Positions 17,280 to 25,594 of a DNA stretch of 32,000 bases are shown here, piece after piece (the stretch's first letter is position 1; the number at the start of each line of letters is the position of its first letter). This DNA is from an uncultured SAR116 cluster alpha proteobacterium (GTDB lineage: Bacteria; Pseudomonadota; Alphaproteobacteria; Puniceispirillales; Marisalimonadaceae). A model generated the notes under the pieces. It saw nothing but the letters and a program-made list of their open reading frames with translations, made no database searches and was not told where the DNA came from. The position numbers were made by a program, and so were the translations under genes. Location: the NCBI GenBank assembly GCA_902616005.1, contig CACMRG010000013.1, positions 6,103-38,102 of the forward strand. Reading direction: 5' to 3'.

Positions 17280-18028
17280 TTTTCATCCCCAAGATAAACT
17301 TCCTGAACTTTGGCATTTGACTTTATTTCTTTTTCATTTCCAGAAGCAATTAAACTTCCATAATCTAAAACTGATATCCTGTCAGCTAATGCAAATACTG
17401 ATTCCATATCATGTTCTATAAGTAAAATCGGAGCTTTGACTTTTAATTTTTTAAACAAATCAATCATTAATTGTGATGATGTTTTATCTAATCCAGCCAT
17501 TGGCTCATCAAAAAGTAATAACTTTGGATTCATTGATAGCGCCAAACTTATCTCAAGTTTTCTTTTATCACCATGACTTAAAGTACTTACTAAATCATTA
17601 GCCTTATTTGTTAAATCAACAATTCTAAGTAAATCAAATGCTTCATCACTATAATCTTTATTTCTATAGATATTACTAAATAGATTTAAATAACCTCCAT
17701 CTCTACCCATTAGGGATAATCTTAAATTATCAATGACTTTAAATGAATTTATAACAGAAGAAATTTGAAAGCTTCTAGCAATACCCATTCTTGACCTATG
17801 TTCAGCTGAATAATTGGAAATATCAATTTCTTCAAGATAAATTTGACCACTATCTTGTTTTAAAAATCCTGAAATTTGTTTAACTAATGTTGACTTACCA
17901 GAACCATTTGGACCTATTAGGGCATGAATTTCATTTTTAAATAGATTTAAATTTAAGTTATCATTAGCTTTTATAGCTCCGAATGATTTGCTGAGTTTAT
18001 CAATTTTAAGAACTGGTTTTTTCATCAT
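17276..18028 (-). CDS. livG: Branched-chain amino acid ABC transporter, ATP-binding protein (LivG-type)
   Basis: 250 aa with Walker A GPNGSGKST, signature-like LSHGDKRKLEI and Walker B LLLFDEPMAGL. It has the LivG-type C-terminal extension. Confidence 0.88.
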   Translation of the reverse strand: MMKKPVLKIDKLSKSFGAIKANDNLNLNLFKNEIHALIGPNGSGKSTLVKQISGFLKQDSGQIYLEEIDISNYSAEHRSRMGIARSFQISSVINSFKVIDNLRLSLMGRDGGYLNLFSNIYRNKDYSDEAFDLLRIVDLTNKANDLVSTLSHGDKRKLEISLALSMNPKLLLFDEPMAGLDKTSSQLMIDLFKKLKVKAPILLIEHDMESVFALADRISVLDYGSLIASGNEKEIKSNAKVQEVYLGDEN

Positions 18029-18998
18029 ATTTATCTTTAATTAAAAAGCTCATTATCCCTGCCTTTGCGTAAAGCACTTCTAAAAGAATTATAAGACCCA
18101 GCCAAAATTGCCAATTTTCTGTAATACCACCAAGAAATTGTTCTAATATAATATAAAAAAAAGCACCCAAAATTGGTCCATAAAGTCTGAACATTCCACC
18201 TAAAATTACTAGGATCATAATTTCACCAGACATTTGCCAACTTAAAATTGTTGGACTTACAAATCTATTAAGATCGGCATATAAAGAACCAGCCAAACCT
18301 GTTATTGCTCCGGATATTATAAATGAAATTAATTTAACTTTTTTAGGGTTAATTCCAACTGATCTAACTCTATCATCATTTTCTTTGCTAGCTTTTAATG
18401 AAATTCCTAATGGAGAATTTAAAATAAATTTTACAAATATTATTGCTATAATTAACCATACATAACAAATATAAAAAAATGTGATAGGATCCATAGTATT
18501 AAGAAAAGGGATTTGATTTCTAAGTGAAAGTGACAATCCATCTTCTCCACCATAAGTAGGCCAACTTATTGAAAAATAGTATAACATTTGAGCAAATGCT
18601 AATGTTATCATTATGAAATAAACACCTGTTGTTCTTAATGAAAAATAACCAATAAAGAGAGCTAATAAAGATGAAAAAATTAAACTAAAAATCCAGACAA
18701 ATAATAGTTGATTTGTTCCCTCAAACTCAAAAACTAATATTTGGATAGGTTCGTAATTATTAAAATGAAAAGCTAAAATTCCTGTAATATATCCACCTAA
18801 GCCAAAAAAAGCAGCGTGACCAAAGGAGACCATGCCACCATACCCCAATATTAAATTAAGACCAATACCTGCAATAGCTAATATAACAATCTTTGAAAAT
18901 AATGTTGTTATATAGATATCATTTAAAAGAATTGAAAATAAAGGTACTAAAAATAAAAATATTAGAATTAAAAAATTTAATTTCTTTTCAGACATCAT
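18006..18998 (-). CDS. livM: Branched-chain amino acid ABC transporter permease (LivM-type)
   Basis: 330 aa and polytopic. Motifs GYGGMVSFGHAAFFGLGGY and GINPKKVKLISFIISGAITGLAG are present. There is an ATGA overlap with livH. Confidence 0.85.
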   Translation of the reverse strand: MMSEKKLNFLILIFLFLVPLFSILLNDIYITTLFSKIVILAIAGIGLNLILGYGGMVSFGHAAFFGLGGYITGILAFHFNNYEPIQILVFEFEGTNQLLFVWIFSLIFSSLLALFIGYFSLRTTGVYFIMITLAFAQMLYYFSISWPTYGGEDGLSLSLRNQIPFLNTMDPITFFYICYVWLIIAIIFVKFILNSPLGISLKASKENDDRVRSVGINPKKVKLISFIISGAITGLAGSLYADLNRFVSPTILSWQMSGEIMILVILGGMFRLYGPILGAFFYIILEQFLGGITENWQFWLGLIILLEVLYAKAGIMSFLIKDKYDEKTSS

Positions 18999-19918
18999 GC
19001 TGATCTTTCACCAAACAAACCTGATGGCTTAAAAATTAAAACGATTGCCATAAGTATATATATTGACATTGAGGCAATCGATGAACCAATTAAATTTGCA
19101 TCAGCATTATCAAAAAATAATTTAAACAACTCAGGAAGTAAGAAACGCCCTAAAGTATCTGTAACTCCTACTAACAAAGCCCCAACAAAAGCACCTTTTA
19201 TTGAGCCAATTCCACCAATTATAATTACTACAAATGCTAATATCAAAACTGGTTCACCCATACCTACCTCAACAGATTGTATCGCACCGATCAATGCCCC
19301 AGATAAACCAGCTAACGCAGCACCTAATGCAAAAACAATTGTATAAAGAGTTTTAATATTTACTCCCAAAACAGAAATCATTCCCCTATCGTTTTGTCCT
19401 GCTTTTATTCTGATTCCAAGTAAAGTTTTAGAAGTTAAAATGTATAAGAAAAATGCTATTAAAATTCCAATTGCAATTATTAAAAGTCTGTATTTCGAAT
19501 ATATAATTTCTAAAGGTAGAGAGACACTAGCATTAAGTTCTGCAGGTATATTCAGATAAAGTGGATATGCTCCAAAAAGCCATCTAATACCTTCAGAAAA
19601 TATTAAAATTAAAGCAAAGGTTGCTAGTACTTGATCTAAGTGATCTTTTTTATATAACTTTCTTATTACTAAAATTTCAGTTATTACGCCTGCAAACATA
19701 GCAACAATAAAACTACTTATCAATCCAATAAAAAAAGATCCTGTAATTTCAGCAAATAGAGCTGCTCCAAAAGCACCAATCATGTAAAAGGAACCATGAG
19801 CAAGATTAATCAGTCCCATAACACCAAACACTAAAGTCAAACCAGCGGACATAAGAAACAACATTGTTCCAAATTGCAGGCCGTTTAGAAACTGTTCAAT
19901 TAATAATTGAAATTCCAT
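18995..19918 (-). CDS. livH: Branched-chain amino acid ABC transporter permease (LivH-type)
   Basis: 307 aa and polytopic. GLINLAHGSFYMIGAF and GVNIKTLYTIVFALGAALAGLSGAL are typical of the LivH family. Confidence 0.85.
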   Translation of the reverse strand: MEFQLLIEQFLNGLQFGTMLFLMSAGLTLVFGVMGLINLAHGSFYMIGAFGAALFAEITGSFFIGLISSFIVAMFAGVITEILVIRKLYKKDHLDQVLATFALILIFSEGIRWLFGAYPLYLNIPAELNASVSLPLEIIYSKYRLLIIAIGILIAFFLYILTSKTLLGIRIKAGQNDRGMISVLGVNIKTLYTIVFALGAALAGLSGALIGAIQSVEVGMGEPVLILAFVVIIIGGIGSIKGAFVGALLVGVTDTLGRFLLPELFKLFFDNADANLIGSSIASMSIYILMAIVLIFKPSGLFGERSA

Positions 19919-19927
19919 ATGGTGATA

Positions 19928-19954
19928 ATAAGTGAGTTATTAAAACTCACTTAT
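19928..19954 (-). promoter_or_regulatory. Perfect 11-bp intercistronic stem-loop between livK and livH
   Basis: ATAAGTGAGTT (19928-19938), loop ATTAA, AACTCACTTAT (19944-19954). It lies 7 nt after the livK stop and 9 nt before the livH start on the - strand transcript. No U-run follows it. Confidence 0.6.
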
Positions 19955-19961
19955 CTATATT

Positions 19962-21104
19962 TTATTTCAAAGGACAATCTTTAACGTAAGCATTTGATCT
20001 ATTTTTAAGACCAGTTGAAATAATTTTATTTGTTAAAATTTTTCCCTCTTTGATCACTTCTCTTACATAAATGTCTTGAATAGGATGTTGATTTGTATCA
20101 AATTTAAATGAACCACGGGTACTTTCAAAATTAGCATTTTTCAATGCACTTCGGAATTTATCTTGGTCTTTAACGTCTGCTACATTTAAAGCAGAAATTA
20201 ACAATTTACCAGTGTCATATCCCTGAGATGCATATAAAGATGGTAACCGTCCGTACTCTTTTTGAAAATCTTGAACGAATTTCTTATTAGCTTTGTTATC
20301 AAGATCTTTTGACCATTGAGAAGTGTTTTTAACACCTAGAGCAGCATCACCAACAGCTTTTAAAATACCTTGGTCAAATGAAAAGGCTGGTCCAATGACT
20401 GGAAGATTTATACCTGATTGAGATAATTGTTTCATAAATGAAATACCCATTCCGCCAGGTAAAAAGAAGAAGATACTATCAGCTTTAGATGACCTTATTT
20501 GAGCAATTTCTGCTGCATAGTCTTTTTGACCAAGTTTGGTATATAATTCTTTTTCAATTTTGCCTTTAAAAAATCTTTTATATCCTGTTAACGCATCCTT
20601 ACCTGCTGGATAATTAGGCGCAAGAATAAATGAGTTTTTATACCCAGCAGCATTTCCATATCCACCAGCCGCTTCATGTAAATTATCATTTTGCCAAGCA
20701 ACGTTGAAATAATTTTTGTGACAACCTTTACCCGCTAATTTAGAAGGTCCTGCATTCGGAGATAAATAAAATTTTCCTTGTTTAACAGCGGCAGGCACCA
20801 CTGCCATTGCTAAATTTGACCATATAATTCCAGTAAGAACATCTACTTTATCTGACTGTATCATTTTATCTGCAATTTGAACCGCAATGTCCGGTTTTCT
20901 TTGATCGTCCTTAACAATAACCTCAAAATGTTTGTCGCCTTTAACAGCTAATAAAAAACCATCTCTAACGTCAATTCCAAGACCTGAACCCCCTCCAGAT
21001 AAAGTGGTAATCATACCAACTTTTATTTTTTTATGTCCACCAGCAAAAACAGAGTTTATAAATAAACCGAGTATTGCAATTATACTTATAATATATTTCA
21101 TCAT
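19962..21104 (-). CDS. livK: Periplasmic Leu/Ile/Val-type (LivK/LivJ family) substrate-binding protein
   Basis: 380 aa. It has the signal peptide MMKYIISIIAILGLFINSVFAGG and the type I periplasmic binding fold pattern (KVGMITTLSGGGSGLG...). It is the first gene of the livKHMGF string. AAGAGGA lies upstream of the start. Confidence 0.85.
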   Translation of the reverse strand: MMKYIISIIAILGLFINSVFAGGHKKIKVGMITTLSGGGSGLGIDVRDGFLLAVKGDKHFEVIVKDDQRKPDIAVQIADKMIQSDKVDVLTGIIWSNLAMAVVPAAVKQGKFYLSPNAGPSKLAGKGCHKNYFNVAWQNDNLHEAAGGYGNAAGYKNSFILAPNYPAGKDALTGYKRFFKGKIEKELYTKLGQKDYAAEIAQIRSSKADSIFFFLPGGMGISFMKQLSQSGINLPVIGPAFSFDQGILKAVGDAALGVKNTSQWSKDLDNKANKKFVQDFQKEYGRLPSLYASQGYDTGKLLISALNVADVKDQDKFRSALKNANFESTRGSFKFDTNQHPIQDIYVREVIKEGKILTNKIISTGLKNRSNAYVKDCPLK

Positions 21105-21175
21105 TATTTTTCCTCTTAAAACTTTCTATAACTTAACTAAAAATCACTTTAAAATCAAAAAATTAGTTTTCCTGG

Positions 21176-21355
21176 TTAAAAATCTATATCCATACCATTT
21201 ATAGAATAGGTTTTGCCATTAAAACCTTTATCCATTTTTTCAATATCAGTCATTTTTTGCGAATCAACTCTTTTAAATGGATTTTTTTTCATTTGATCTA
21301 AACGTTTTTTGTTTTGAAACTTTCCAAAGAGTTTATATTTTATTTTGTTAAGCAT
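21176..21355 (-). CDS. Unlisted 59-aa basic small ORF, translationally coupled to the DCC-family gene
   Basis: Hand translation of the - strand gives MLNKIKYKLFGKFQNKKRLDQMKKNPFKRVDSQKMTDIEKMDKGFNGKTYSINGMDIDF, then TAA at 21178-21176. Its ATG (21355-21353) overlaps the stop of the upstream gene (AATGCTTAA). It is one residue below the apparent 60-aa cutoff of the ORF track. I recognise no family for it. Confidence 0.35.
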   Translation of the reverse strand: MLNKIKYKLFGKFQNKKRLDQMKKNPFKRVDSQKMTDIEKMDKGFNGKTYSINGMDIDF

Positions 21356-21716
21356 TATTCTTACTAATAATACAATGTTCTAATTTGTTAAATCTGTAGT
21401 AAGCAAATTTCTTATAGATTACGGACAATAAACTTTTAATTATTGGCAAAGATGCAATAAAAGCCAAAAGTTTCCAGTACTTTAGATTTTTCCAAATTAA
21501 AATAAATGCATCAATTCCGATATATTGTTTATTTTTAGAATCAAATGCGTGTAGATACAAAAGTGCGTCCGATTGTTTAATATTAAATTCTTTTAAATCT
21601 TTAGGGTTATTAGCAATATCTAACCATTTAAACTTTTTATTATTGGCAATTTTTTTATAATAACTGATCTCTTTATTACATAATCCACACTTACCATCAT
21701 AAAGAACTTTTATCAT
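21348..21716 (-). CDS. DCC-family thiol-disulfide oxidoreductase (DUF393)
   Basis: The N-terminal VLYDGKCGLCNKEISYY (the DxxCxxC motif of the DCC/DUF393 family) and a length of about 120 aa fit this family. I prefer the Met at 21716 (MIKVLYDG), 4 nt after the coq7 stop, over the track start at 21740, which overlaps coq7. Confidence 0.7.
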   Translation of the reverse strand: MIKVLYDGKCGLCNKEISYYKKIANNKKFKWLDIANNPKDLKEFNIKQSDALLYLHAFDSKNKQYIGIDAFILIWKNLKYWKLLAFIASLPIIKSLLSVIYKKFAYYRFNKLEHCIISKNNA

Positions 21717-21720
21717 ATAA

Positions 21721-22287
21721 TTAGACCAACTTTGAAACATTTACTGCCATATTAGAACCTGACCCAACAATTTTTTTCCAAAAGTTGGTGAATTTACTTT
21801 CATCTTGTTCTAATACTTTTGATCTTGCATCTTGTTGGTGTTCTATTTCTTCATCACAGCATTTTCTTAAAACCATTGCTAACTTATAATTTAGATTATT
21901 ATTTAATAAATATTCAATTTGTTCATTGTAATGCTTTTCAACAAAAGTTTCGACTGCGTCTACAGTAATGCAAAAAAATTTATAACCAAATAGTGCTGAC
22001 AAAAATCCTAAAACAAAACCCATAATTCTCCATAAAAAAAGTAATTTGCTTTTTTCATTAGAGGTTAAAAGATTTTCCATAACTATCAGATGATTGGTTT
22101 CAGTTAAAATGTGTTCTTTTGACATCTTTGATATTTTCTTATTCCAAAAAATACAACTTGCACCTTTGTATATCCAAACTGCTCCTGTTTCTCCAGCATG
22201 GTTTGACCTCATCCATTTAATCATAAATTTTGGAATATTAACTCCAACTGCATTATATTTTTTTAAAATATTTTCCACTAAAATCAT
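21721..22287 (-). CDS. coq7: Demethoxyubiquinone hydroxylase, di-iron carboxylate type (Coq7 family)
   Basis: 188 aa. It has MRSNHAGETGAVWIYKG (Coq7 RxNHAGExGAxxIYxG motif) and repeated ExxH ligand motifs (TETNHL, VETFVEKH, DEEIEHQQ). There is an ATGA overlap with the upstream small ORF. Confidence 0.8.
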   Translation of the reverse strand: MILVENILKKYNAVGVNIPKFMIKWMRSNHAGETGAVWIYKGASCIFWNKKISKMSKEHILTETNHLIVMENLLTSNEKSKLLFLWRIMGFVLGFLSALFGYKFFCITVDAVETFVEKHYNEQIEYLLNNNLNYKLAMVLRKCCDEEIEHQQDARSKVLEQDESKFTNFWKKIVGSGSNMAVNVSKLV

Positions 22288-22496
22288 CTATAAATATTAT
22301 TTATTTTACTATGTTTTGATTTTCTTCCAGATACCCTTTCACGCCAATGTTTAAAACTTCTAGGCTTGAGATTACTTCTCATCAATTTTATAACCTGCTT
22401 TTCGTTTAACCCAGTTTGTTCTTTAATTGAGTCAAAGCTGATTTCATCTGCCCAAGCAAAATCAATTACTTTATTTAGATACTTTTCATTTAACAT
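22284..22496 (-). CDS. TIGR03643/DUF2805-like small basic protein with an HTH-like segment
   Basis: 70 aa. AWADEISFDSIKEQTGLNEKQVIKLMRSNLKPRSFKHWRERVSGRKSKH matches my recollection of the TIGR03643 family consensus (W.D..sFe.I....GL.E.eVI.LMR..L....Fk.WR.RV.GR.tKH). It overlaps pdeM by 11 nt and coq7 by 4 nt. Confidence 0.65.
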   Translation of the reverse strand: MLNEKYLNKVIDFAWADEISFDSIKEQTGLNEKQVIKLMRSNLKPRSFKHWRERVSGRKSKHSKINNIYR

Positions 22497-23157
22497 TTTT
22501 TTTCAAATCTGATGAAGAAAATTTGTATACATTTTTTTCATTACATATATATGCATTAAAACCAAATTTTAAATAAGGCTTAAATATTTTATTATTAATC
22601 GATAGCCCTCCAGTATATTTTCCAAATGAAGGAAGAATTAATTTGCTTTCAGTTTGTAAGATACATTTTTCAGTTACTCTTTTTCCATTCAATTTGATAG
22701 ATAAAGTTGGGTGATAATGTCCAGAGATTTGATGTCTATCATCAACAATTGCTTCATGAATAAACTCAATATCATTTAGTCGTAAAACTTTATGACTTGG
22801 GATTTCATATAATATATTTTTATCATGATTCCCCTCAATTAAAATAAATTCATAAAGATTAGTTAATGATTTTAATTTCTTTTGAGTTTTAATATTCATT
22901 CTATTTAGCGAATTTTTATCGTGAAAAGTATCACCTAAAAAAATAATTTTTTTAATCACATAGTTTGATAAAATTTTTTCTAATTTGATTAATGTTTCTA
23001 AACTGTCATATGGTGGAATATATTGCCCATACTTAGCGAAACTTGAGCCTTTTTCTAAATGTAAATCTGAAACAATTGCAGTATTAAGCTTCGACCAAAT
23101 GAGAATTCCGTGTGGATCTATATCAAATGTATTTTGGCAAAACTCTAATTTCTTCAT
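22486..23157 (-). CDS. pdeM: Ligase-associated DNA damage response metallophosphoesterase (PdeM-type endonuclease)
   Basis: 223 aa with calcineurin-like phosphoesterase motifs DLHLEKG, GDTFHD, GNHD and GHYHP. It sits immediately downstream of the Lhr-type helicase with an ATGA overlap. Confidence 0.85.
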   Translation of the reverse strand: MKKLEFCQNTFDIDPHGILIWSKLNTAIVSDLHLEKGSSFAKYGQYIPPYDSLETLIKLEKILSNYVIKKIIFLGDTFHDKNSLNRMNIKTQKKLKSLTNLYEFILIEGNHDKNILYEIPSHKVLRLNDIEFIHEAIVDDRHQISGHYHPTLSIKLNGKRVTEKCILQTESKLILPSFGKYTGGLSINNKIFKPYLKFGFNAYICNEKNVYKFSSSDLKKNVK

Positions 23158-25577
23158 GAAAAACCAATTTCCCTAAGTAATTCATTTTCAAATTCTTCCA
23201 AATAATATTCATTAAGTTCATCTTTATTAATTGTTTCTCTATTTATTTCAAGCAAAAGAGGTACTGCTAATGGGGATATTTTTTCTAATTTTTTAAATAA
23301 AATTTTATTTTGAATTCTCTTCATTAGTTTGCCTAACCTATCAATTGAAATCAAACCATTTAATGAATCCTCTTTAGCAACTTTGAGAAGCAAGTGATTA
23401 CCTTCATGTTTCTTAAGTACATCATAAATTAAATCTGTATTAAATAAAATTTGCTTCGATGTTTTTGTCAAACCAGGCATTTTTCTTTCGATTAATCCTG
23501 AAATAATCGATGCATCTCTAAAATTTTTTTTCATTAATGGAGTGTCATCTAACCATTCATACAAATCACTTATCATTAAATCTTCATTAAATAAGGATTT
23601 AATGTCATTGATTTCTTTCATGCTCCAAATAGCGAGTGCATAGTCAGTTGCAACAAATCCAAGTGGTTTAAGATTATATCTTTGCATTCTCTTCGAAATT
23701 AAAAAACCTAAAGTTTGATGAACATTTCTTCCTTCAAAGGCATAACAAATTAAAAAATGTCTTTTTTTATTCCCCATTTTTCTAGGAAAAGTTTCAATTA
23801 AAACTTTATCATGCATTGGTAAAATTGACTTTTGAGATTGTAAAATTAACCAATCTTTTATCTGTTCAGGATAACTATTTAAAGACTGTTTTTTGCTTAT
23901 TAACTTTTTCACTTGTGACGCCAACTCAGAAGTGAGAGGCATTCTTCCCCCAGCGTAAGATGGTATTTTAGGTCTTTTATCTTTTGTTAAAGCTACATGA
24001 ACTCCCTTCTCCGATATATTTAAAAACTTTAAAACTTTCCCACCAAACAGAAAAGTATCACCCTCTGTCAAACCTTCAATGAACCATTCTTCTATATTAC
24101 CTAAGGTTTTATTTCGAAGCTTCACTTTAAGCATATACGATTCAACAATAGTGCCAATATTCATCTTGTACTTCTGTCTAACTGTCTTATTTTTGATTGC
24201 AAAGTGATTATTTTTATTTAATCCGATTTTAGAGTATTTCTGGTATTGTCTAAGTGAATAACCACCGTTTTGAACAAACTCCAAGGTTTGGGTAAAATCT
24301 TCTACTAAAAGTTTTCTGTAAGGCCAAGCGGTTTTAACATTTTTATAAAGTTTGGTTTTATCAAATGGGTTACTACAGGCAACACCTAATATATGCTGAG
24401 CTAAAACATCAAGACTACCAGATTTTAAATTATCTCCATCTATAATGTTTTCTTTTATAGCTTCTATAGCAGCTAAACATTCAAGATATTCAAATCTATT
24501 TCCTGGAACTAATAAAGCCTTTGATGGCTTATTTAAAGTATGATTACTTCTGCCAATTCTTTGTAATAATCTTGAAACACCTTTTGGAGCACCAACTTGA
24601 ATAACTAAGTCTATTTTTGCCCAATCAATTCCGAGATCTAAGGAACTTGTTGCAACCACACAATCAATCTCTCCTTTGGACATTTTCTGTTCGACTTTTC
24701 TTCTTATTTCTCTTTCAAGGCTTCCGTGATGAACAGCTATTTTCAAATTAGATTTATTTTCAAGCCATAAATTATGAAAAATTAACTCGGCTTGTGCTCT
24801 AGTATTAACAAAAATTATACTCATATCTGCTTTTTCAATTTTTGTATATAATGTTTTGATAGAATAGGTTGCCATATGACCTGACCAAGGTATTCTGTTA
24901 TCAGACATTAAAATTTCTACTTTTGGCTTATTTAAAGATGGAATATCGATAATTTTTTTTTGTTTATTTTGAGATAAAAAGTTCAAAACATTTTCTTTAT
25001 CTTTAATAGTCGCCGATAACCCAATTTTAGTATAATTCGAAGCTAATTCATTTAATCTAGCTATATTAAGTGATAATAAATCGCCTCTTTTAGAATTTAT
25101 CAATGTATGAATTTCATCAATAATTAAAAATTTAATATTTTGAAAATAATCTTCAGCATTTTCATCTGACATCAACAAAGCAAATGACTCAGGAGTTGTC
25201 ATAAGCATTTGAGGTGGCGATGTCTTTTGCCTTCTTTTTTTTGCGTATGGAGTATCACCAGTTCTCGTCTCAACAGAAATATTTAAAGATTGGTCATTTA
25301 TTGGTTGAACCAAATTTCTTTGTACATCAACAGTAAGTGCTTTTAGTGGTGAAATATAAAGCGTATGTAGAAAATTATCTTTATATTTTTTTTCAATTAA
25401 ATCTGTAATTGCCGGCATAAATCCAGCAAGAGTTTTTCCACCTCCTGTTGGTGCAACTAGCAATATATCATATCCTTTTGTAGCCTCTTTTAGTGTATCA
25501 ATTTGGTGTTTGTGATAACTCCAACCATTTTTATTTAACCATTTAGTAATAGGATGAGACTTTAATTTTGGTATCAT
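23154..25577 (-). CDS. lhr: Ligase-associated DNA damage response DExH-box helicase (Lhr-core-like)
   Basis: 807 aa with motif I APTGGGKT, motif II IIDEIHTL (DEIH), SAT, and motif VI QRIGRSNH. The long C-terminal extension after the RecA-like domains matches Lhr-core proteins. Confidence 0.88.
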   Translation of the reverse strand: MIPKLKSHPITKWLNKNGWSYHKHQIDTLKEATKGYDILLVAPTGGGKTLAGFMPAITDLIEKKYKDNFLHTLYISPLKALTVDVQRNLVQPINDQSLNISVETRTGDTPYAKKRRQKTSPPQMLMTTPESFALLMSDENAEDYFQNIKFLIIDEIHTLINSKRGDLLSLNIARLNELASNYTKIGLSATIKDKENVLNFLSQNKQKKIIDIPSLNKPKVEILMSDNRIPWSGHMATYSIKTLYTKIEKADMSIIFVNTRAQAELIFHNLWLENKSNLKIAVHHGSLEREIRRKVEQKMSKGEIDCVVATSSLDLGIDWAKIDLVIQVGAPKGVSRLLQRIGRSNHTLNKPSKALLVPGNRFEYLECLAAIEAIKENIIDGDNLKSGSLDVLAQHILGVACSNPFDKTKLYKNVKTAWPYRKLLVEDFTQTLEFVQNGGYSLRQYQKYSKIGLNKNNHFAIKNKTVRQKYKMNIGTIVESYMLKVKLRNKTLGNIEEWFIEGLTEGDTFLFGGKVLKFLNISEKGVHVALTKDKRPKIPSYAGGRMPLTSELASQVKKLISKKQSLNSYPEQIKDWLILQSQKSILPMHDKVLIETFPRKMGNKKRHFLICYAFEGRNVHQTLGFLISKRMQRYNLKPLGFVATDYALAIWSMKEINDIKSLFNEDLMISDLYEWLDDTPLMKKNFRDASIISGLIERKMPGLTKTSKQILFNTDLIYDVLKKHEGNHLLLKVAKEDSLNGLISIDRLGKLMKRIQNKILFKKLEKISPLAVPLLLEINRETINKDELNEYYLEEFENELLREIGFS

Positions 25578-25594
25578 AATGATATATAAAAAAT

